From assembly GCA_934101495.1 (NCBI GenBank), contig CAKORG010000002.1, positions 510-64,509 of the forward strand: a DNA stretch of 64,000 nucleotides, written 5' to 3'. This document shows positions 56,080-64,000 of the stretch, one piece after another. Origin of the DNA: an uncultured Bacilli bacterium (lineage in GTDB: Bacteria; Bacillota_I; Bacilli_A; RF39; UBA660). The position numbers and the translations under genes are program-made. The notes beneath the pieces were generated by a model. It worked only from the letters and a program-made list of their open reading frames with translations, was not told the DNA's origin and made no database searches. Every line of letters starts with the position of its first letter. The stretch's first letter is position 1.

Positions 56080-57843
56080 ATGTTTAAATTATTAAGAAGT
56101 TTTAGAAAAAAAGAGTGGTTAATTACTATAGTTAGTGTTTGTTTAATAGTTATGCAAGTATGGCTTGAACTTAAGATGCCTGATTACATGTCAAAAGTTA
56201 CTATTTTAGTGCAAACTGAAGGAAGTAAAATGTCTGATATCTTAATAAATGGTGGATATATGCTTTTATGTGCATTTGGAAGTTTAGTTGGTGCTGTTAT
56301 TGTTGGATATTTAATTGCGTTGTTATCAGCTGGATTTTCTAAGAAACTTAGAGGTAAATTGTTTAGAAAAGTAGAAGAAATGTCTATGAGTGAAGTAAAA
56401 GTTTTTTCTACGAATAGTTTGATTACGAGAACTACGAATGATATTACACAAGTTGAAATGTTTGTAGGCTTTGGGTTGCAATTATTAATTAAAGCTCCGG
56501 TTACTGCAGTTTGGGCTATAACTAAAATTCTTAATAAAAGTTGGGAATGGAGCGTGGTAACATCTGTTGCTGTTGTTATTTTACTAGTAGTTATTGGTGT
56601 TTTAACTATTATTGTGCTTCCTAAATTTAAGATTGTACAAAAGTTAACAGATAAATTAAATGAGGTTATAAGAGAAAATTTAACTGGTATAAGAGTGGTT
56701 AGAGCTTTTAATGCGGAAGACTATCAAGAAAAGAAGTTTAAAAATGTAAATGATGATTTAACTAATTTACAATTGTTTAATCAAAAATCAATGTTAATTA
56801 TGTCACCAGTTATGTATTTAATTATGCATATGTTAACACTTATTATATATTTTATTGGGGCTTACCTTATTAAAGATGCCATGATGGTAGATAAAATAGC
56901 ATTATTTGGTGATATGGTAGTGTTTTCATCTTATGCAATGCAGATTATAATGTCTTTTTTGATGCTTGCTATGATTTTTATGATTTTACCAAGAGCAGAG
57001 GTTTCTGCATCTAGAATTAATGAAGTTCTTGATACTGATATTAGTGTTAGGGATGGTAATGTTGAAACTAAAAATGAAGTTGGTACAATTGAATTTAAAA
57101 ATGTTTCATTTAAGTATCCAGATGCAGAAGAATATGTTTTAAAAAATATATCGTTTAAGGCAAATAAAGGAGATACAGTGGCATTTATTGGTTCAACTGG
57201 TTCAGGTAAATCAACTTTGGTTAATTTAATTGTAAGATTTTATGATGTAACTGAAGGCGAAATACTTATTGATGGAAGAGATATTAAAGATTATAAACTT
57301 GAGTATTTATATAAGTTAATTGGTTATGTTCCTCAGAAAGCAGTTATGTTTAATGGAACAGTTAATTCTAATATTGCTTATGGGGAAGCTAAAGAAGTAA
57401 TAACTGATAGTAGAATAATGGAAGCAGCAAAAGTTGCACAAGCAGATGATTTTGTGTCAAAAATGGATGATGGATATGCATCTCATATAGCTCAAGGCGG
57501 CACGAATGTTTCTGGAGGTCAAAAACAAAGAATTGCAATTGCACGTGCTATAGCTAAAAATCCTGAAATATATATTTTTGATGATTCATTTTCAGCATTA
57601 GACTATAAAACTGATGCTATTCTTCGGAAAGAATTAAAGAAATATACAAAAGATGCAACTAGTTTAATAGTTGCTCAAAGAATTGGTACAATAATGAATG
57701 CTGATAAAATAATAGTTCTAGATAATGGAACATCTGTAGGTGTTGGTACACATGAAGAATTATTAAAAAGTTGTGAAGTTTATAGAGAAATTGCTTTATC
57801 ACAGCTTTCAAAGGAGGAATTAGATAATGCCAAGACCAAATAG
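56080..57843 (+). CDS. ABC exporter permease/ATPase fusion (heterodimer half 1)
   Basis: Six TM helices plus NBD: GSTGSGKST, VSGGQKQRIAIARA, IFDDSFSALD. Confidence 0.92.
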   Translation: MFKLLRSFRKKEWLITIVSVCLIVMQVWLELKMPDYMSKVTILVQTEGSKMSDILINGGYMLLCAFGSLVGAVIVGYLIALLSAGFSKKLRGKLFRKVEEMSMSEVKVFSTNSLITRTTNDITQVEMFVGFGLQLLIKAPVTAVWAITKILNKSWEWSVVTSVAVVILLVVIGVLTIIVLPKFKIVQKLTDKLNEVIRENLTGIRVVRAFNAEDYQEKKFKNVNDDLTNLQLFNQKSMLIMSPVMYLIMHMLTLIIYFIGAYLIKDAMMVDKIALFGDMVVFSSYAMQIIMSFLMLAMIFMILPRAEVSASRINEVLDTDISVRDGNVETKNEVGTIEFKNVSFKYPDAEEYVLKNISFKANKGDTVAFIGSTGSGKSTLVNLIVRFYDVTEGEILIDGRDIKDYKLEYLYKLIGYVPQKAVMFNGTVNSNIAYGEAKEVITDSRIMEAAKVAQADDFVSKMDDGYASHIAQGGTNVSGGQKQRIAIARAIAKNPEIYIFDDSFSALDYKTDAILRKELKKYTKDATSLIVAQRIGTIMNADKIIVLDNGTSVGVGTHEELLKSCEVYREIALSQLSKEELDNAKTK

Positions 57844-60091
57844 AAAAGTAGAAAAAGCTAAAGACTTTAAGAGCGCTATTAAAAGGTTAATTAATGAATT
57901 ATCAGGATTTAAAAAATTAACTATAATTGCATTAGTTCTAGCGGCTTTAGGTTCTATTCTTACTATAGTAACTCCAGATATTTTGTCTAATTTAACTGAT
58001 GAAATATCAAATGGTTTAGTTATGAATAAAGATAATTTTGAAAAAATTATAAAAGAAGTAACTGGTAGTTTAAATGAAGAAAATATTAGTAAAGTTGTTA
58101 AAATAGACTTTAGTGAAAAAAATATAACAAGTATTATGATGGATAATGGTATTTCTTCAGAAGATAAGGAAAGATTTCGTAAATTACTTGGAGAAATGCA
58201 AAGTAATTCTGGTAATAAAGTTAAGTTAATTGCTAATATGCCAGATAGTATTTTATATAAACTCGTTGTAAGCAATAAGGAAGATACCATTAAATTTATT
58301 AAGAGTTTGAATGGTAATGTAGTAGTTCCAGACAGTATTGCTAAAGAAATATTTAAAGAATTTGAAATTGATGGTGTTAAAATAAGTGTAAGTGATCAGA
58401 AAGAATTTTTGGAAATAGTTACTGGTATGAATGAAAATATGGATGCAACTAGTATATATGCAAAAGTAGATGAAATGCCTAGTTCTATAAAAACACTTGT
58501 TGAGCCATATATGAATATTGATAAAATAAAAAATATGGCTATAGTTTTAGTTGCTATTTACTTGATTAGTGCAATATTTACTTATTTTGAATCTATACTT
58601 ATGTGTGATGTCTCAAATAATTTTGCTAGAAAATTACGTAGTAATATTTCAGGTAAAATAAATAAATTGCCACTTAAATATTTTGATAAACATGCAATTG
58701 GGGATACTTTATCAAGAATAACAAATGATGTTGATACAATTGCTCAATCAATGAACCAATCATTATCAACTTTGGTTAGTGCAATTACATTATTTGTGGG
58801 AACTACAATTATGATGTTTGTAACAAATTGGGTTATGGCAATTACTGCAATAGTTGCAAGTTTATTTGGGTTTGCATTTATGGCATCAATTTTAGGTAAA
58901 TCTCAAAAATACTTTGTGGCTAAACAAAAAGAACTTGGTGATTTAAATGGACATATTGAAGAGGTATATTCAGGACTTAATGTAGTTAAAACATATAATG
59001 GTCAAAAAATATCAAACGAAAAGTTTGATGAATTAAATGATAAATTATATAAAGCTAATTGGAAGAGCGTTTTTTTATCTGGACTTATGATGCCTATGAT
59101 GAATTTTATTGGTAACTTTGGTTATGTTGCAGTATGTGTTGTTGGGGCGCTACTTGCATTAAATGGCCATATTAGCTTTGGGGTAATTGTTGCATTTATT
59201 GTTTATGTAAGATTATTTGTTTCTCCACTTTCTCAAATTGCTCAAGCTATGACTAGCTTACAATCAACTGCAGCAGCTAGTGAAAGAGTATTTGAATTTT
59301 TAGATGAAAAAGAAATGCTTGATGAAAGCAAATTAACAAAAATCTTAGATAAAAAAGAAGTAAAAGGCAATATTGAATTTAAAAATGTTGAATTTAAATA
59401 TGATGGTAATGAAACTCCAACAATTAAGAACTTTAGTGCTAAAGCAAAAGCTGGTCAAAAAATAGCTATTGTTGGTCCTACAGGTGCTGGTAAGACTACG
59501 ATGGTAAATTTACTTATGAAGTTCTATGATATTAATAGTGGAGAAATACTTATTGATGGTGTTTCTACCAAAGAATTAACAAGGAATAATATTCATAGGC
59601 TGTTTACTATGGTTCTTCAAGATACTTGGGTATTTAATGGTACTGTTAGGGATAATATTGTTTATAATGCTGAAAATATAACTGATAAAGAAGTTGAAAC
59701 TGTTTGTAAAACTGTTGGACTTGACCATTTCATTAAAACCTTACCTGATGGATATAATACTATATTAAGTGATAATGATTCTGTTTCTGCAGGTCAAAGA
59801 CAGCTTTTAACTATTGCCCGAGGTATGTTGCAAGATGCACCATTCTTAATTTTGGATGAAGCTACTAGTAATGTTGATACGAGAACTGAAGAATTAGTGC
59901 AAAAAGCAATGGATAAATTAACTCATGGTAAAACTTCATTTATAATTGCCCACAGATTATCAACAATAAAAAATGCTGATTTAATACTTGTTATGAATAA
60001 TGGTAATATAATTGAACAAGGAAATCATGAAGAACTTATGAAACAAAAAGGTTTTTATGCGGATTTGTATAATTCCCAATTTAAGTTATAA
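57827..60091 (+). CDS. ABC exporter permease/ATPase fusion (heterodimer half 2) with enlarged TM1-TM2 loop
   Basis: GPTGAGKTT, VSAGQRQLLTIARG, LILDEATSNVD. About 180 residues separate TM1 and TM2. Confidence 0.92.
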   Translation: MPRPNRKVEKAKDFKSAIKRLINELSGFKKLTIIALVLAALGSILTIVTPDILSNLTDEISNGLVMNKDNFEKIIKEVTGSLNEENISKVVKIDFSEKNITSIMMDNGISSEDKERFRKLLGEMQSNSGNKVKLIANMPDSILYKLVVSNKEDTIKFIKSLNGNVVVPDSIAKEIFKEFEIDGVKISVSDQKEFLEIVTGMNENMDATSIYAKVDEMPSSIKTLVEPYMNIDKIKNMAIVLVAIYLISAIFTYFESILMCDVSNNFARKLRSNISGKINKLPLKYFDKHAIGDTLSRITNDVDTIAQSMNQSLSTLVSAITLFVGTTIMMFVTNWVMAITAIVASLFGFAFMASILGKSQKYFVAKQKELGDLNGHIEEVYSGLNVVKTYNGQKISNEKFDELNDKLYKANWKSVFLSGLMMPMMNFIGNFGYVAVCVVGALLALNGHISFGVIVAFIVYVRLFVSPLSQIAQAMTSLQSTAAASERVFEFLDEKEMLDESKLTKILDKKEVKGNIEFKNVEFKYDGNETPTIKNFSAKAKAGQKIAIVGPTGAGKTTMVNLLMKFYDINSGEILIDGVSTKELTRNNIHRLFTMVLQDTWVFNGTVRDNIVYNAENITDKEVETVCKTVGLDHFIKTLPDGYNTILSDNDSVSAGQRQLLTIARGMLQDAPFLILDEATSNVDTRTEELVQKAMDKLTHGKTSFIIAHRLSTIKNADLILVMNNGNIIEQGNHEELMKQKGFYADLYNSQFKL

Positions 60092-60243
60092 AGAGTGCTT
60101 AGGCATTCTTTTTTTGAAAATGTAATAATTTATTTTTTACATAATGAAAGCATTTAAAACTAAGTATTTTTATGATATACTGGAGTTGAATTTAAATTTG
60201 AAAAAACTATATATAGGTGTTATAATAATTCCTGATTTAGGAG

Positions 60244-60954
60244 GTGACTTTTTTGCATAATAAAATTTTGGTAGCAGAAGATGATACGGATATAGTAGAA
60301 CTTCTTAAACTTTATTTAGAAAGTAATGGTTTTGAAGTGACATCAACATATGATGGACTTGAAGCTTTGGATGCTTTTAAAAAAGGTAATTACGATATTA
60401 TAATTGCAGATTTAATGATGCCCGGTTTAAATGGTTATGAACTTATTAAAATTGTAAGAGAAACAAGTAATGTTCCTATAATTATTGTATCTGCTAAAAA
60501 TATGGATAGTGATAAAGTTCTAGGACTTGATATAGGTGCTGATGCTTATATAACTAAACCATTTAATCCTTTGGAATTAGTTGCTTATGTTAAAGCACTT
60601 CTTCGTAGATATTATGAATTCAAAAGTTCTAATAATGAAATTAATACCTTAAATGTTGGTGAACTTTCTCTTGATTTAAATAAATATATTTTTATGAAAA
60701 ATAATAAAATTGTGCCTCTTACATCAACGGAAATTAAAATACTGGCAATGATGATGAAGTCACCTGGCAAAGTATTTACGAGGAGCCAAATTTATGAATG
60801 TATTAATGGAGATTTTTATGATACTGATGATAATACTATGATGGTTCATATTTCAAATATAAGGGGGAAAATTGAGAATAATCCTGCAAAACCAGAGTAT
60901 ATAAAAACAGTTAGGGGGTTAGGTTATAAACTTGAAAATAAAGAAGAATTATAG
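60244..60954 (+). CDS. OmpR-family response regulator
   Basis: ILVAEDD, phospho-acceptor IIADLMMPGLNG, and a C-terminal winged helix (..TVRGLGYKL). The start is probably TTG 60253, after AGGAGG. Confidence 0.93.
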   Translation: MTFLHNKILVAEDDTDIVELLKLYLESNGFEVTSTYDGLEALDAFKKGNYDIIIADLMMPGLNGYELIKIVRETSNVPIIIVSAKNMDSDKVLGLDIGADAYITKPFNPLELVAYVKALLRRYYEFKSSNNEINTLNVGELSLDLNKYIFMKNNKIVPLTSTEIKILAMMMKSPGKVFTRSQIYECINGDFYDTDDNTMMVHISNIRGKIENNPAKPEYIKTVRGLGYKLENKEEL

Positions 60955-62506
60955 TTTTAGCAAATATATTATTATTCAATTTGCTATTTACACCTTAATT
61001 ATTTTAGGGGTTGCTTTATTAACATACTTATCAATTAATTGGAGGCTTAACAATAGTTTTTTAGTATTGGATGATTTTCTCCTTTATAAAGAAAAACTTG
61101 AGTATGAAGATTATGATGGTATTCCAATGTCTAAGTTTCCTGGCTGCGATTTTGCCCTATATGATGAAAATAATGAACTTATTTATACTACAGATGGTGA
61201 TGTAAATGACATTGTTGATGGTGATGACTTAGAGTTTGTTAACGATTATAGTGGAATTTATTATTATAATATTTTTAATTACAAAGAAAAAAATAGAGAT
61301 AAAATATATAAAATATATAAAACCACATATGATGCTGAAATTGATGATGAAATAGTTATTGGTAATGCTAAATTAAATGAAGACTTGGAAATAGTTGATG
61401 GCAATCTTTTTAATGAGAAAAATAGCTTAACTGAAAGAGAACTTGATTTACTAAATGGTTATTATAATGATGAACAAATGGTAGAAAAGTATGAATATGT
61501 AACATCTGGTAATGGATTAAAGAGAACTTTGCTTTTTATGTCGCCGATATTTACTGCGGAAAGCTATGATTCTGCGGTTTCTGATTCTAGTAACGTGTGG
61601 TTTATTTCTATTCCAATTTTGATAATTATTATTATAATTGAAACTTATATATTTAATCGTAGAGTTAAAAAAATCTTAAAAGAATTAAATAAAGTTATTT
61701 CATCTTATGAAAATGAAGAAATTATTGTAAATGATACGAATTTACCAAAGGAATTTGATGAAGTTGCAGAAAGTTTTGAAAATTTAATGGAAAAATTAAA
61801 AAAATCAAATGCAGAAAAAATTAAAATTTATGAAGATAAACAAAAATCTATTGCTAATTTATCTCATGATTTGAAAACTCCCCTTACAGTTATTAGTGGG
61901 TACTCAAAAGCATTTTTAGATGATTTGGTTCCTGATAATAAGAAAAGACAATATATGGAGAGTATCAATAAGAAAGCGTGCGTTGCAACAGATGCTATTG
62001 ATTCATTGTTTTTATATACACATATGAATAATTCGGAGTATAGTTTATGTAGAGAAAAAATAGATATAGTAACATTTACTAAGGAATATTTAGCGGAAAA
62101 ATATAATGAAATTGAGTCTGCTGGTATGGATTTAGAATTAGATATTGAAGAGAATAAAATAATGTTTGATGCTGATAAAAACGCTTTCAGAAGAATATAT
62201 GAGAATATAATAAATAATTCTATTAAATATAATAAAAAAGGAACTAAGATATATTTTAAAATGTGGAAAGATAAAACATTAAATATAGTAATCGGAGATG
62301 ATGGCATTGGAATTGATAAAGAAATAAAAGATAGATTATTTGAACCATTTGTTACAAGTAATAAAGCTAGGACATCTGGTGAAGGTACTGGACTAGGACT
62401 TGCAATTGTTAAAAACTTTGTGGAACTTCACGATGGTGAAATAGTTTTAGTAAGTAAAACACATAGAAAAATGAAGACTGAATTCTTAATGAAATTCAAA
62501 ATTTAA
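60932..62506 (+). CDS. sensor histidine kinase
   Basis: Two TM helices flank an approximately 180-aa extracytoplasmic domain. H-box SIANLSHDLKTPLT, N-box IINNSIKYN, G-boxes GDDGIGI and GTGLGLAIV. Confidence 0.92.
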   Translation: MKIKKNYSFSKYIIIQFAIYTLIILGVALLTYLSINWRLNNSFLVLDDFLLYKEKLEYEDYDGIPMSKFPGCDFALYDENNELIYTTDGDVNDIVDGDDLEFVNDYSGIYYYNIFNYKEKNRDKIYKIYKTTYDAEIDDEIVIGNAKLNEDLEIVDGNLFNEKNSLTERELDLLNGYYNDEQMVEKYEYVTSGNGLKRTLLFMSPIFTAESYDSAVSDSSNVWFISIPILIIIIIIETYIFNRRVKKILKELNKVISSYENEEIIVNDTNLPKEFDEVAESFENLMEKLKKSNAEKIKIYEDKQKSIANLSHDLKTPLTVISGYSKAFLDDLVPDNKKRQYMESINKKACVATDAIDSLFLYTHMNNSEYSLCREKIDIVTFTKEYLAEKYNEIESAGMDLELDIEENKIMFDADKNAFRRIYENIINNSIKYNKKGTKIYFKMWKDKTLNIVIGDDGIGIDKEIKDRLFEPFVTSNKARTSGEGTGLGLAIVKNFVELHDGEIVLVSKTHRKMKTEFLMKFKI

Positions 62507-62527
62507 TAAATAATTTGTTGCTAAAAC

Positions 62528-62562
62528 AAAGCAAGCATATACACGTATATGCTTGCTTTTGT
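62528..62562 (+). terminator. intrinsic terminator after the kinase gene
   Basis: A 13-bp stem, AAAGCAAGCATAT-acacgt-ATATGCTTGCTTT. Confidence 0.65.
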
Positions 62563-62600
62563 ACTGTAATAAGCAAATTTTATAAAGTGGCTTAAATTTC

Positions 62601-62629
62601 TTGCTTTTAAAACGTATTTGTAATATAAT
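62601..62629 (+). promoter_or_regulatory. sigma-A promoter
   Basis: TTGCTT at 62601-62606, 17-nt spacer, TATAAT at 62624-62629. The track ORF start at 62601 coincides with the -35 element. Confidence 0.55.
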
Positions 62630-62696
62630 TAATTTATGGAATATCCAGTTTGATTGGATGTTACCTCTTCAAGTTCAATGGAATGGAAAAGGGGTG

Positions 62697-62789
62697 ATGC
62701 CTATGAAGGCCAGAGAAGACTTAATAAAACTTCTTTTGATAATTATTTTATTACAATTATTTGCCATTTTGGCGTTAATTATAAAATAA
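62697..62789 (+). CDS. candidate 30-aa hydrophobic peptide (MPMKAREDLIKLLLIIILLQLFAILALIIK)
   Basis: AAAGGGGTGA RBS directly before ATG 62697. Single TM helix. Lies upstream of the dltA-like gene. Confidence 0.35.
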   Translation: MPMKAREDLIKLLLIIILLQLFAILALIIK

Positions 62790-63017
62790 GAAAAGCATCT
62801 AAATCAACGGGGTTGGTTTAGATGCAAACCACTAAATTGGTAGCATCCAATCTCGACAAAAACTGGATGTTCCTTTTATTATATGCAAATCTTCTTTGCT
62901 AAATACATAATAACATAAATGTGGCTAAAAGTCAAATTCAATTTCTTAATAAAAATTAAGATTTGGTTAAGAAATAATTTATTATATTAATGTATAATTG
63001 TTTTGAGGTAAAAATAT

Positions 63018-64000
63018 ATGAAAAACGTATTGGAATATTTAGAAAATATTAGTAATGATAATAAAGTAATTGATAAAAATGGAAGTATTACTTATAAAGA
63101 CTTGCAAGTGGTTAGTAAAAAAATAGGTAGTGGACTTGCAAAGTATGTTAAAAATAATGACCCCGTTCCAGTTTATATGGAAAAAGGAACTTCTTGTCTT
63201 GAAGTTTTTATGGGAAGTTTATATGCTGGTGGCTTTTATAGTTTACTTAATGCTGGACTTCCAAAAATGAGACTTGAACAAATAATTAGTGTTTTAGATG
63301 TAGATTATGTAGTAACTGATAAAGAACATTTGGAAAATGCTAAAGAATTTTTTCCTGATAAGGAGTTAGTACTTTATGAAGACTTGGTTGATAGTGAAAT
63401 AGATGATGAATTGCTTTCTAATATTAGAGCTAAAAAACTTGATGTTGATCCTGTTTATGCAAATTTTACAAGTGGTTCAACAGGTGTACCTAAAGGAGTT
63501 GTGGTTGGAAATCGTTCAATAATTGATTTTATAGATAATTTTACAAGTACCTTTGGGATTAATGAAACTGATATTATTGCTAACCAAGCCCCATTTGATT
63601 TTGATGTTTCTGTTAAAGATATATATCCAGCTTTAAAAACAGGAGCAACACTTGTTATTGTTCCTAAAGAATTGTTTTCAAGACCTGCGGAACTTATTGA
63701 TTTTTTGGTAGAACATAAGGTTACAACGATGACTTGGGCAGTGTCTGCACTTTGCTTAATTTCGACATTTCATGGTTTAGATTATAAAGTGCCTGAAACA
63801 GTAAAAAGAGTTATGTTTAGTGGTGAAGTTATGCCAATGAAGCATTTGAAAGAATGGATGAAACACTTACCAAATGCAACTTTTGTTAATTTGTACGGAC
63901 CAACTGAAATTACATGTAATTGTACTTATCATATTATTGATAGAAATCGTGAATATGAAAAAATACCTGTTGGTATACCATTTAATAATGAAGATGTTTT
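63018..64000 (+). CDS. dltA: DltA-like adenylation enzyme (D-alanine--D-alanyl carrier protein ligase family), 5' partial
   Basis: Open frame from ATG 63018 (GAGGT RBS) to the window end, and not in the track because it has no stop. Motifs: YANFTSGSTGVPKGV, ANQAPFDFDVSVKDIYPALKTGATL (compare DltA NQAPFSFDLSVMDLYP), NLYGPTEIT. Confidence 0.7.
   Translation, partial: MKNVLEYLENISNDNKVIDKNGSITYKDLQVVSKKIGSGLAKYVKNNDPVPVYMEKGTSCLEVFMGSLYAGGFYSLLNAGLPKMRLEQIISVLDVDYVVTDKEHLENAKEFFPDKELVLYEDLVDSEIDDELLSNIRAKKLDVDPVYANFTSGSTGVPKGVVVGNRSIIDFIDNFTSTFGINETDIIANQAPFDFDVSVKDIYPALKTGATLVIVPKELFSRPAELIDFLVEHKVTTMTWAVSALCLISTFHGLDYKVPETVKRVMFSGEVMPMKHLKEWMKHLPNATFVNLYGPTEITCNCTYHIIDRNREYEKIPVGIPFNNEDV

Noticed and set aside
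62601-62696. The 62-aa ORF starting at TTG 62601.
   Set aside because: The TTG is the -35 element of a TTGCTT-17-TATAAT promoter. Only the distal 30 codons have an RBS.
62697-62789. The small hydrophobic peptide upstream of the dltA-like gene might be DltX.
   Set aside because: It lacks the conserved aromatic C-terminal motif (FxYxxF-like) that I associate with DltX, and it is separated from dltA by about 230 nt of structured sequence. It is left as an unassigned candidate peptide.

Overview
Very AT-rich, low-GC Firmicute (Bacillota) chromosome segment just downstream of the replication origin. The backbone follows the Bacillus subtilis origin-proximal gene order: (comK-like)-recF-gyrB-gyrA, then tadA-dnaX-ybaB-recR-bofA-like-holB-yaaT-yabB-like-pth-mfd-spoVT, dut-metG-yabD-yabE-like-ksgA-yabG-veg-spoVG, yabP-yabQ-divIC. 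Further on come clpP, gap, ftsEX plus an M23 peptidase, gerQ, yvcK-whiA, truA-rplM-rpsI, cwlD, htrA, a MarR plus heterodimeric ABC exporter, a two-component system and the 5' part of a dltA-like gene. The many sporulation genes (spoVT, yabG, spoVG, yabP, yabQ, gerQ, cwlD, bofA-like) point to a spore former, possibly Erysipelotrichia or a Bacilli relative; that lineage guess is weak. I saw no rRNA or tRNA genes, CRISPR arrays, transposases or integrases. All calls rest on reading motifs in the supplied translations and DNA by eye; no searches were run. The main observations are: (1) the 1.45 kb non-coding gyrA-tadA gap (where B. subtilis has rrnO) holds eight ParB/Spo0J parS palindromes within 760 bp, followed by two perfect 16-bp Noc-binding sites inside identical 32-bp repeats, then a miniature SRP RNA; (2) an accessory island (about 28.9-35.9 kb) has a divergent XRE repressor with an operator-like inverted repeat over a sigma-A promoter, a soluble/membrane paralogue pair, two YwqG/DUF1963-like proteins bracketing a tightly packed, partly overlapping set of uncharacterised genes (448-aa coiled-coil protein, about 90-aa helical proteins, a Cys-cluster protein) and a decayed SIMPL-like pseudogene; (3) an Abi_2 (AbiD/F-like) gene is translationally coupled to htrA; (4) two catalytically degenerate EcfA-like ORFs sit in the ecfA-ecfA'-ecfT-truA slot with no ecfT; (5) a Met-specific T-box sits in front of dut-metG.
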